36,432 nucleotides of DNA, from contig JAEZXW010000060.1 of the NCBI GenBank assembly GCA_023419515.1, forward strand, positions 1 through 36,432, in the 5' to 3' direction. This document shows, piece after piece, positions 8,669-17,041 of the stretch (position 1 is the first letter of the stretch; each line of letters starts with the position of its first letter). The position numbers and the translations under genes are program-made. The notes beneath the pieces were generated by a model. The model made no database searches. It was not told the origin of the DNA and saw only the letters and a program-made list of their open reading frames with translations. The DNA comes from Actinomycetes bacterium. Its GTDB lineage: Bacteria > Actinomycetota > Coriobacteriia > Coriobacteriales > JAEZXW01.

Positions 8669-9948
8669 CGCCCAGTGCTCAGGCACGCACGCAGCAACCG
8701 CAGCAATTTATGCAGGCACAACACTCAGGACAGCTGCAAGACTCGCGCTACTCGCAGCGCCCCTCGGCGGTCACACCTTGCGCAATCGCGCTCTTGGGGG
8801 CCAGCGGTTCGATCGGTTTGCAGACCCTCGAAGTTATCCGCGCAAACCCTGAGCGCTATACCTTGACGGCAATTGCAGTCCACCGATCGATTGAGCGTGC
8901 GCTCAAGATTGCTCAGGAGTTTGCGGTGAGCCGCGTGGTGATTGCCGATGAAGCGCAGCGCAATCACGCACTCATTGATGAGTTTCCCGCACAGTGCACC
9001 GTTGCCTTTGGACATAAGGCAGTTCAGGAGCTTGCAAGCCTTGATGAGGTCGATGTAGTTCTCAATGCGTTAGTTGGTAAGGCTGGCATGCGCGCGAGCA
9101 TGCAGGCGCTCGTTGCCAATAAACGCCTGGCGCTTGCAAACAAGGAGTCACTGGTCGTAGCAGGTGATCTCATCATGCCGCAGGCGATTGCCGCTGATGG
9201 CATCCCGCGCCTGCTGCCTGTTGACTCTGAACACAGCGCAATTTTCCAGTGCTTGTATGGAGAAGATCGCCGTGATCTCGTGTCAATTTGGCTTACTGCT
9301 TCGGGCGGCCCGTTCTTTGGCTGGTCAAAAGGAGAGCTTGCGGGGGTGACCCGCGCTCAGGCGCTTGCGCATCCAACCTGGAGCATGGGGAGCAAGATCA
9401 CGATCGACTCAGCCACCCTCATGAATAAGGGGCTTGAAGTGATCGAGACGATGCACCTGTTTAACTGTAGCGTTAATGAGATTACCGTTGCAGTTCATCG
9501 CCAGAGCGTGATTCACTCGATGGTTGAGTTTGCCGATGGGTCGGTGAAAGCGCATCTAGGAAACGCCGACATGCGCATCCCAATCATGTATGCCTTGAGC
9601 TATCCTGAACGGCTTGCTAATACGTGGAGTCGGCCAGACTTTTTTGCGATGAACAAGCTGACGTTTGATCGTCCTGATCTTGAGACCTTTAGAGCTTTGA
9701 GCCTTGCGCTTGAGGCAGCGCGTGTGCGTCAGACGATGCCGTGTGTGCTCAATGCGGCTAATGAGGTGGCAGTTGCTGCATTTTTAGCTGATCAAATCGG
9801 GTTTAATGCGATTGCTGAGCTGATTGAAGATGTAATGCAGGCACACGAGCTGCAGGCTGTTGAGTCGCTCGATCAGCTCGATGAGGTTGATGCGTGGGCG
9901 AGAAGCCTTGCTCAGCAGCGCATCATGAGCTGCTATCAGCGCTCGTAG
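8665..9948 (+). CDS. dxr: 1-deoxy-D-xylulose 5-phosphate reductoisomerase
   Basis: LLGASGSIGLQTLEVI (NADPH site), LANKESLV, PVDSEHSAIFQC, HPTWSMGSKITIDSATLMNKGLEVIE. ATG overlaps the cdsA stop (ATGA). It carries an unusual ~45-aa Gln-rich N-terminal leader. Confidence 0.95.
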   Translation: MTPSAQARTQQPQQFMQAQHSGQLQDSRYSQRPSAVTPCAIALLGASGSIGLQTLEVIRANPERYTLTAIAVHRSIERALKIAQEFAVSRVVIADEAQRNHALIDEFPAQCTVAFGHKAVQELASLDEVDVVLNALVGKAGMRASMQALVANKRLALANKESLVVAGDLIMPQAIAADGIPRLLPVDSEHSAIFQCLYGEDRRDLVSIWLTASGGPFFGWSKGELAGVTRAQALAHPTWSMGSKITIDSATLMNKGLEVIETMHLFNCSVNEITVAVHRQSVIHSMVEFADGSVKAHLGNADMRIPIMYALSYPERLANTWSRPDFFAMNKLTFDRPDLETFRALSLALEAARVRQTMPCVLNAANEVAVAAFLADQIGFNAIAELIEDVMQAHELQAVESLDQLDEVDAWARSLAQQRIMSCYQRS

Positions 9949-10043
9949 GAGCCTCGGACAGTTGTAAGGTGCTATGTCTGAACCAATGGCGAGCACCGAG
10001 CCAAGCAAGGCAGATCACGAGATATAAGGAATAACTACACGAG

Positions 10044-11444
10044 ATGAATGCCATTCTTTCAATTTTTTGGGGAGTTGTTGTCCTGTCGTTCGTAGTGGCG
10101 ATCCACGAGGCTGGCCACTACTACGCCGCGCGCCTGTGCAAGGTGAGGGTGCTCGAGTTTTTCTTAGGGCTACCCTCGCACATGCAGGTTAGCCGTGTGA
10201 GCAAAAAGTACGGCACCCGTATTGGCGTGACGGCGCTCTTGTTTGGTGGTTTTGCGCGCATCGCTGGCATGGATCTTGGGGAGTTTAACCCCTGGCTCAA
10301 GCCCGTCTTTGGGCTCTTGATGAGGAGGGGGCGTATCACCGCTGATGAAGCATGCCGCGAGCTTCTCGGTGCCAAGGCATCTGAGGGTGATGGTAAAGCT
10401 GGAAGCGAAGATGCCGATCTCATCGCCCAGGCACTCAATACCCTTGTACTCTGGGGTAGCGCTCATGGTATCAACGAGCAAGGCGATATCCTCCCAGTCA
10501 CCGAGCTTGAGCCTGTCGCCTATATTACGACCCCGCGTGATGCGGCTGGCAACAACCAGTTTGACGGTGCTCATAAAAGTCTGAGCATCAATGCGGGCGC
10601 ACCATTTGAGCCACTCTTGTGCGGCGAGATCACACTTGATGAGCTCTTTTCAGCCGAGCGCGCCAAAACCTATGCCGGCAAAGGCCTCTTGCCACGACTC
10701 TTTATGCTGCTTGCGGGTATCATGGTGAACCTCGTCTTTGCTATGCTGGTGCTCTCAGCACTCTTTTTTATCAACGGTACGCAGGCGCCAACCACTCAGA
10801 TTGCAAGTGTGGTTGAAGGTTCAGCTGCTCAAGCTGCGGGTATTATCCCCGATGATCAGGTCATCAGTATTGGTGGGCAGCCAACCAAAACCTGGGTAGA
10901 TATCACCGGAACAATTGCAGCAAACCGCGGCAAAACAGACCCCGTTTCCATTGAGGTTGTCCGCAATGGCAGTGAGCTTGTGCTCGAGGCTCAGATGCCA
11001 CCAGAAGGAGAGCCCCTCGGTATCGCACCAGTGTTTGAGCATCAAAAACTGGGAGCACTCGAGTCGATCGGTGCCTCGTGGAACTACGTGACGCTCACGG
11101 GTCAGGCGGTGCTCTCGCTCTTTAACCCCTCAACAGCAAAAGCCACCCTCGATGGCTCAGTTTCTATCCTTGGTATTGCGGTTGAGGCTAAAAATGCCGC
11201 ACAGCTTGGAGTGACACCACTGCTGTCGCTTATGGCGCTTATCTCAATCTCGCTGGGACTCATGAATCTCTTGCCCGTGCCGCCACTCGATGGCGGACGG
11301 GTGGTTATCGAGCTTATCCAGTCAATCACGCGCCGTCCGGTCGCGCCCGTGATTCAAAACGTACTCTCGATCATCGGCATGACCCTGTTTGGCCTACTCT
11401 TTATCTATATGATCTTCAAAGATATCATCCGCTATCTCTTTTAG
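10044..11444 (+). CDS. rseP: RIP site-2 zinc metalloprotease (RseP/Rip1 family) with PDZ domain
   Basis: HEAGHYYAA (HExxH) in the first TM, a central PDZ-like segment (GSAAQAAGIIPDDQVISIGGQP), and LNLLPVPPLDGG near the C-terminus. Confidence 0.9.
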   Translation: MNAILSIFWGVVVLSFVVAIHEAGHYYAARLCKVRVLEFFLGLPSHMQVSRVSKKYGTRIGVTALLFGGFARIAGMDLGEFNPWLKPVFGLLMRRGRITADEACRELLGAKASEGDGKAGSEDADLIAQALNTLVLWGSAHGINEQGDILPVTELEPVAYITTPRDAAGNNQFDGAHKSLSINAGAPFEPLLCGEITLDELFSAERAKTYAGKGLLPRLFMLLAGIMVNLVFAMLVLSALFFINGTQAPTTQIASVVEGSAAQAAGIIPDDQVISIGGQPTKTWVDITGTIAANRGKTDPVSIEVVRNGSELVLEAQMPPEGEPLGIAPVFEHQKLGALESIGASWNYVTLTGQAVLSLFNPSTAKATLDGSVSILGIAVEAKNAAQLGVTPLLSLMALISISLGLMNLLPVPPLDGGRVVIELIQSITRRPVAPVIQNVLSIIGMTLFGLLFIYMIFKDIIRYLF

Positions 11445-11515
11445 GCGCGCTGTCAGAGAAAAGTTTGAAGACAAACAGCGACGGCTGCACTTCGAGGTTT
11501 GTCAGGAGGTGTTGT

Positions 11516-12598
11516 ATGGGAAATTCAACTAATCGGGTGATGATTGGATCGGTTGCGATTGGCGGGGGAGCTCCCGTGAGTGTGCAGTCGATGACGACCC
11601 ACCCAACACAAGATACCCAAGGGGTCTTAAGCCAGATCAATGATCTCGTTGAGTCGGGCTGCGAACTCGTGCGCGTTGCTGTGCCGCATCGCCGCGTGCT
11701 GGATTCGTTTGCAGCAATTTGCGAGCAGTCGCCCATTCCGGTGATTGCTGATATTCACTTTGACCATGTACTTGCGATCGAGGCTGCCAAGCGAGGTGCT
11801 GCTAAGCTTAGGATTAACCCCGGTAACATCGGTAGTATGGCAAAGGTTGATGAAGTCATTCAGGTAGCTGGCGAGGCTAAGATCCCTATTCGTATTGGTG
11901 TGAATGCCGGCTCCCTGCAAAAAGAGATCGAAGCGCATCATGACTGGGATCTTGCGAGTAAGCTCGTGGCTTCTGCCTTGGGGTTTGTCGAGTATTTTGA
12001 GGCGCGTGATTTTACCGACATCGTGGTCTCAGCAAAGGCGCATAATGTGCCTACGACGATCGAGACCTATCAGGCGCTTTCTCGTGAGATACCACATGTA
12101 CCACTGCACATTGGCGTGACCGAAACCGGTACGCTCACACAAGGGACGGTGAAGTCCGCCGTAGGACTTGGTATGCTCTTGGCACAAGGCATCGGCGATA
12201 CCATGCGTGTTTCGCTCACGGCAGATCCATGCCATGAGTGCGAGGTGGGCTGGGAGATCCTGGCATCACTGGGTCTGCGTCGTCGCAGCGCTGAGATCGT
12301 GAGCTGTCCGACCTGTGCGCGCTGTGAGGTTGACCTCATTGAGCTTGCCAACACCGTGAACGCGTATCTCAAAAAGGAGATGCTGCCCATTTCGGTTGCG
12401 GTGATGGGCTGTGTGGTCAACGGTCCAGGCGAGGCAAAGGATGCCGATATCGGCGTTGCCTGTGGAAAAAACCGTGGTGTGATTTTTGCTCACGGCGAGG
12501 TCGTACGATCCGTGCCCGAAGCCCAGATTTTGCAGGCACTCTTTGAGGAGATTGATGCTCGATATCAAAGCTCGCTTGTGCAAAAATTGCAAGGATAA
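11516..12598 (+). CDS. ispG: 4-hydroxy-3-methylbut-2-en-1-yl diphosphate synthase
   Basis: VMIGSVAIGGGAPVSVQSMTT, ADIHFD, LRINPGNIG, VSCPTCARC, GCVVNGPGEA. AGGAGG (11504-11509) precedes ATG 11516, so the track start at 11465 is rejected. Confidence 0.95.
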   Translation: MGNSTNRVMIGSVAIGGGAPVSVQSMTTHPTQDTQGVLSQINDLVESGCELVRVAVPHRRVLDSFAAICEQSPIPVIADIHFDHVLAIEAAKRGAAKLRINPGNIGSMAKVDEVIQVAGEAKIPIRIGVNAGSLQKEIEAHHDWDLASKLVASALGFVEYFEARDFTDIVVSAKAHNVPTTIETYQALSREIPHVPLHIGVTETGTLTQGTVKSAVGLGMLLAQGIGDTMRVSLTADPCHECEVGWEILASLGLRRRSAEIVSCPTCARCEVDLIELANTVNAYLKKEMLPISVAVMGCVVNGPGEAKDADIGVACGKNRGVIFAHGEVVRSVPEAQILQALFEEIDARYQSSLVQKLQG

Positions 12599-12693
12599 TC
12601 AGGTAGCAAGCTAATAGACGAATAATCATTCAAGATGCGCGACAGTACAACGCGCATGTGAGGCGCTGCGGCGCACATAAAGGAGAGAGACGC

Positions 12694-14469
12694 GTGAGCG
12701 ACATGCAAGCAAGCCAATCGATGGCAACCATCTATCGAACCCCCGTTATGATGAGCCAGCTTTATGCACCGACCCTCAAGGAGGATCCCGGTGAGGCTGA
12801 GCTTGCCTCGCATAAGCTCTTGCTGCGTGCTGGTATGATCCGCAGGCTTGCCGCAGGTATTTACACCTATTTGCCACTCGCATGGCGTTCAATCCAAAAG
12901 ATAGAGACCATCATCCGCGAGGAGCTTGGCGCCATTGGCTCTCAAGAGCTCCTGATGCCAGCGATGCAGCCAGGTGAGCTTTGGCTTGAGTCTGGCCGCT
13001 GGGATGATTACGGTCCAGAGCTCATGCGCTTTACCGATCGTCATGAGCGCATGTTTTGTTTGGGCCCCACGCACGAAGAGGTCATCACCACGCTCGTGCG
13101 CAATGAGTTGCGTTCGTACAAGCAGCTGCCTGTGTCGCTCTATCAGATTCAGACCAAGTATCGCGACGAGATTCGTCCACGCTTTGGGCTTTTGCGTGGT
13201 CGCGAGTTCATCATGAAGGATGCCTATTCTTTCCACGCGACGCAGGAGTCGCTCGATGAGACCTATGTGGCGTTTGGCCATGCTTATGCGCAGTTTTGCG
13301 CCCGTGTTGGCCTTGATTTTCGTGAGGTTGAGGCAGACAGCGGCCAGATCGGTGGCTCAGAGACGGTTGAGTTTATGGCGCTTGCTGATTCAGGCGAGGC
13401 TGAGATCGTCTACTGTGGCGATTATGCTGCTGATGCTGAGGCAGCGCCCGCACGTGCTGAGGTAACAGAGCTTGCCTGCGATGAACTCACCAAGGTTGAG
13501 ACCCCTGACGTCAATACGATTGAAAAGCTTGCAGCCTTTTTTGACGTGCCGGCGCATGCAACCGTCAAGGCGATGGCAGTTGTTGCTGATGAGAAGCCCT
13601 ACGTGCTGTTTATCCCTGGCGATCATGAGCTTAATGAGATCAAGGTTGAGCGCTTGCTTGGCTCGTGCGAGCTTATGGATGAGGCGGCGCTTTCAAAGTT
13701 TGGCTTGGTCAAGGGCTTTATTGGTCCGGTTGGGCTTAAGCCTGAAGTGACGGTTGTTGTTGATGAGTCGCTGCGTGAGGTCACCAGCTGGATCTGCGGC
13801 GCCAACGAGGCAGACATGCACTACAAGGGCGCTAAGCCCGGACGAGATTTTAAGATCGATGAGTTTGCTGATCTGATTCTCGCTCAGGCAGGGGATAGGC
13901 ATCCCGAGACGGGCGAGGTGTATGAATCTGCCCGAGGTATCGAGGTTGCTCAGATCTTTAAGCTCGGTACCAAATATTCCGAGGCGCTGAGCGCGACCTT
14001 CATGAATGAGCAGGGGCAGCCCGAGCCCTTTATCTGTGGTTGCTACGGTATTGGTGTTTCACGTGCGTTGGCTTCAGTCATTGAGCAGCATCACGATGAG
14101 CGCGGTATCGTTTGGCCGATCTCGGTTGCCCCGTTTGAACTCAGTGTTGTGCCGCTCAGTGTGGGGGATGATGTGGTGTATCCTCAGGCGCTCGAGCTTG
14201 CCAAGGCACTGGCTGCTCGTGGCATTGAGGTGGTGATTGATGATCGTGATGAGCGAGCGGGTGTTAAGTTTGCCGATAACGAATTGATGGGCTATCCGTA
14301 TCAGGTGGTCTGTGGTAAGAAAGGCATCGCTCAGGGTGTAGTTGAACTTAAGGATCGTGCGACCGGTGAGAAACAAGAGGTGCAACTCGCTGATGCTATT
14401 GAGGTGATTGCTCAGACCATTCAACGCGCCCGTGCTCAGTATGCATTCAACCCTCAAGCTTTGCGTTAG
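12694..14469 (+). CDS. proS: proline--tRNA ligase (bacterial type with editing insertion)
   Basis: LYAPTLKEDPGEAELASHKLLLRAGMIRRLAAGIYTYLPL, QIQTKYRDEIRPRFGLLRGREFIMKDAYSF, GCYGIGVSR. GTG 12694 follows AAAGGAGAG at 6-nt spacing. Internal ATGs at 12703 or about 12739 are alternatives. Confidence 0.9.
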   Translation: MSDMQASQSMATIYRTPVMMSQLYAPTLKEDPGEAELASHKLLLRAGMIRRLAAGIYTYLPLAWRSIQKIETIIREELGAIGSQELLMPAMQPGELWLESGRWDDYGPELMRFTDRHERMFCLGPTHEEVITTLVRNELRSYKQLPVSLYQIQTKYRDEIRPRFGLLRGREFIMKDAYSFHATQESLDETYVAFGHAYAQFCARVGLDFREVEADSGQIGGSETVEFMALADSGEAEIVYCGDYAADAEAAPARAEVTELACDELTKVETPDVNTIEKLAAFFDVPAHATVKAMAVVADEKPYVLFIPGDHELNEIKVERLLGSCELMDEAALSKFGLVKGFIGPVGLKPEVTVVVDESLREVTSWICGANEADMHYKGAKPGRDFKIDEFADLILAQAGDRHPETGEVYESARGIEVAQIFKLGTKYSEALSATFMNEQGQPEPFICGCYGIGVSRALASVIEQHHDERGIVWPISVAPFELSVVPLSVGDDVVYPQALELAKALAARGIEVVIDDRDERAGVKFADNELMGYPYQVVCGKKGIAQGVVELKDRATGEKQEVQLADAIEVIAQTIQRARAQYAFNPQALR

Positions 14470-14493
14470 GCTTTCAATTAGGAAGGAAACACC

Positions 14494-15510
14494 ATGTCAA
14501 AATATGAGTTTTATTCACTACGAGATGATGAGCTAACGCAAATTCAAGAAATCATTAAGGCTCAACCTGAACTTGAGGTTAGCCTGCATCAAGAGCCACT
14601 GACACTTGAGACCCTTGAGCTTATGGGCGATGACTGTGAGGCAGTGATCGTCTGTGAGAACCACAAGATTGAAGATGGCCTTTTTACGAGATTGGCCGAG
14701 CGTGGCGTCAAGGTGCTTTCAACTCGCTCAGCTGGTTTTGATCTGTATATGGGTGAGGAGTTCAAGGCATCAGGCTTACGACTCACAAACGTTGCTCGCT
14801 ACAGCCCTGAATCAATCGCCGAATATTGCATGACAGGTGCACTTTATTTTATGCGCAAACTCCCGACGGTGCTCACCCGCACGCGCGCCCATAACTTCTC
14901 ATGGCAAGAGGAGCTTTTAACCAAACGCTTTGCTGAGTTTACAGTTGGCATTATTGGTGCAGGTCGTATCGGTGTTGCCTTTGCCCGACTCATGAAGGGG
15001 TTGGGCTGCACGATTATTGCGCATGATCCTTATTACGAAAATCCCGATCTTGTCGACGAGGGGCTTTTGACCTACACGAGCCTTGATGAGCTGTGTGCCA
15101 AAGCGGAGGTCATCAGTATCCATGCGCCTGCGAGCGATCGAGATTTTCACCTTATCTCAAAGCAGCAGTTTGATCTCATGCAGCCTGGCACGATCGTTAT
15201 CAACGCAGCTCGCGGTATTCTGCTTGATACCGATGCTTTGCTCGAGGCGATCGAAGCGGGCACGGTCTATGGCGCGTGGCTTGATGTCTACGAGGGTGAG
15301 CATGCCTATGTGCCCCAGGATTGCTCTGAGCAAGTGGTTTTGGCTGATGAGCGCTTGCAAAAGCTCATCGATCATGAACAGGTCGTTTACTCGCCGCATA
15401 TCGCGTTTTACACCACTGAGGCAGTGAAGGCACTGGTGAACGGGGGACTGACGGGCGCGCGCGAGATTCTCGAAACAGGCGAGAGTTCATTTGAGGTTAA
15501 GCTCCAGTAG
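14494..15510 (+). CDS. ldhA: D-isomer-specific 2-hydroxyacid dehydrogenase, D-lactate dehydrogenase type
   Basis: RLTNVARYSPESIAEY, GIIGAGRIGVAFARLMKGLGCTIIAHDPY (NAD fold), INAARG, SPHIAFYTTEAV match D-LDH family patterns. Confidence 0.8.
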   Translation: MSKYEFYSLRDDELTQIQEIIKAQPELEVSLHQEPLTLETLELMGDDCEAVIVCENHKIEDGLFTRLAERGVKVLSTRSAGFDLYMGEEFKASGLRLTNVARYSPESIAEYCMTGALYFMRKLPTVLTRTRAHNFSWQEELLTKRFAEFTVGIIGAGRIGVAFARLMKGLGCTIIAHDPYYENPDLVDEGLLTYTSLDELCAKAEVISIHAPASDRDFHLISKQQFDLMQPGTIVINAARGILLDTDALLEAIEAGTVYGAWLDVYEGEHAYVPQDCSEQVVLADERLQKLIDHEQVVYSPHIAFYTTEAVKALVNGGLTGAREILETGESSFEVKLQ

Positions 15511-15595
15511 TGGCCATCTTGAAGGACTTTTCATAGCGGGAGCCCTCGATAGTTGAGAGATCAGTGGGCATGAGCTTACAAACTACAGGTAAAGC

Positions 15596-16090
15596 ATGAG
15601 AAGGCAAGAAAAACCATATCGGGTGAGGGTTCACCCGTTCATGTGGGCGGCGATTGCCATTGGAGCTGTGCTTGGTCTCACCGTTCGTTTGGTGCTTCAG
15701 GAGTCGTTTGGTGCAACGTTTGGCGTGCTTTTAAGCAACGTCCTCGGCGCCTTCTTGTTGGCAGCTTTTTTGCGGGTGGTCAAAGGACGCTCATCTATTT
15801 CGTCATACGTGGTTAACCTCGTCTCCACTGGGTTCTTTGGAACCCTGACAACATATTCCACGCTTGCCCTGCAAGCTCATACCATCTGGTGGATTTTGCC
15901 CGTGAGTATGGCTCTTGGTGTGGGCGCAGCGTTCTTGGGTTGGAAGCTGGTGGATCAATTCTTGGTAACGCCAGCGACCGTCTCACCTTACACGCCAATC
16001 AATGCGGCGCCCGAGCCACCTGGTAAACCAGACTCCTCAGCACCTGTGCCAACGCCTTTTGACGAGCTCAACCGAGGGGATAACTCATGA
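15596..16090 (+). CDS. crcB: fluoride channel CrcB/FluC subunit 1 (with Pro-rich C-terminal tail)
   Basis: Small four-TM protein with the GFFGTLTTYST motif typical of CrcB. The stop overlaps the start of the second crcB (ATGA). Confidence 0.8.
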   Translation: MRRQEKPYRVRVHPFMWAAIAIGAVLGLTVRLVLQESFGATFGVLLSNVLGAFLLAAFLRVVKGRSSISSYVVNLVSTGFFGTLTTYSTLALQAHTIWWILPVSMALGVGAAFLGWKLVDQFLVTPATVSPYTPINAAPEPPGKPDSSAPVPTPFDELNRGDNS

Positions 16091-16599
16091 CCAGCCAGTT
16101 AACCGCCGCCATGGTTATCCCGATGGCGATCGGTGCGATGCTTGGTGCTATTTGTCGCTATGAGTTTGAGAAGTGGTGCAGCCAAGCCCTCGAGATTAAG
16201 TCTCCGTGGGCAATCCTCGCGGTTAATATCCTCGGCTCACTCATCCTTGGATGTGCCGCAGGTTCAGTTGCTGGAGGGCTTCTCTCTCATCTCTTAGGTT
16301 CAAATCTAACCTTAATCTTTAGTTTCATCCAAGGTTTCACGGGAGCCTTCACGACCTTCTCGACTGCCTGTGTGCATGCTGTCAGTTTTGCCTACAATTC
16401 ATCTGTTTTCCCAGTTCAAACCAAGAAAAAGCGCCGCAGTTATGGCTCTCACTGGAGGGTGGTACTCAAAGGTTCGTACGTGCATGATTTTCTGCAGTCT
16501 GCTAGTGGCCTCCAAAGGGCGGTGCTCTTTGCCATTTTAACTGCGATTTTGTGTTGGATTGCAGCGGGCGTTGGTTACGTTTTAGGAAATATTTTTTAG
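16087..16599 (+). CDS. crcB: fluoride channel CrcB/FluC subunit 2 (with ~45-aa basic insertion before the last TM)
   Basis: GAICRYE..., GFTGAFTTFST motif. Paired, translationally coupled crcB genes are the usual heterodimeric arrangement in Actinomycetota. Confidence 0.8.
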   Translation: MTSQLTAAMVIPMAIGAMLGAICRYEFEKWCSQALEIKSPWAILAVNILGSLILGCAAGSVAGGLLSHLLGSNLTLIFSFIQGFTGAFTTFSTACVHAVSFAYNSSVFPVQTKKKRRSYGSHWRVVLKGSYVHDFLQSASGLQRAVLFAILTAILCWIAAGVGYVLGNIF

Positions 16600-16702
16600 A
16601 TCACATTGACCTGCAAAAACGCTTGATGAGAGTGCAGGGGTTGCCTGTAAAGTTAGAAGGAAAAAGACCCCGCTCCATATCAATATTATTGCTCCAGAGC
16701 AG

Positions 16703-16911
16703 GTGCTGCTCAAACCTAGTTTTATGACGGTCGATTTTGAAACTGCTAATAGACTAGGTGGTCAATCAGCCTGTCAGATTGCCATGGTAAAAGTGGTGAA
16801 CGGCTCGGTGCATCGTTGTTAGTTTTAGTGTTGCAGAGGTTAACAAGTGAATCGTTGTTCAGCACTCCGTCTGGCGTCTCACGTCAATACCTGCAATTAT
16901 TCTTAAAATAA
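16703..16911 (+). pseudogene. 5' remnant of a DnaQ-like (DEDDh) 3'-5' exonuclease gene
   Basis: (V)LLKPSFMTVDFETANRLGGQSACQIAMVKVVNGSVHRC then TAG at 16820-16822. The DFETAN...SAC-I pattern is the ExoI segment as I recall it for stand-alone epsilon-like exonucleases. A shifted frame (16828-16911, ...ESLFSTPSGVSRQYLQLFLK*) may continue it. It is far too short to be functional. Confidence 0.4.
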
Positions 16912-17041
16912 AATAATCCCTCGTGGTAAAGGCAACAAAACGCGCTCACAGCTTCGTTAGAATAGGCGCCGCAAAGACATTTGGGGAGCAGAATTGCCGC
17001 ATTGAGGTGATGCGGTTTTGCCTAAAGGAGGGAAGTTAGCC

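Noticed and set aside
15511-15595. Expected fluoride (crcB-motif) riboswitch upstream of the crcB pair
   Set aside because: I could not find the conserved elements I remember for this class (GGxGATG..., ...AACCGCC..., ...CTxATGAxxCCTAC) in the 85-nt leader. A covariance-model scan would be the definitive test.
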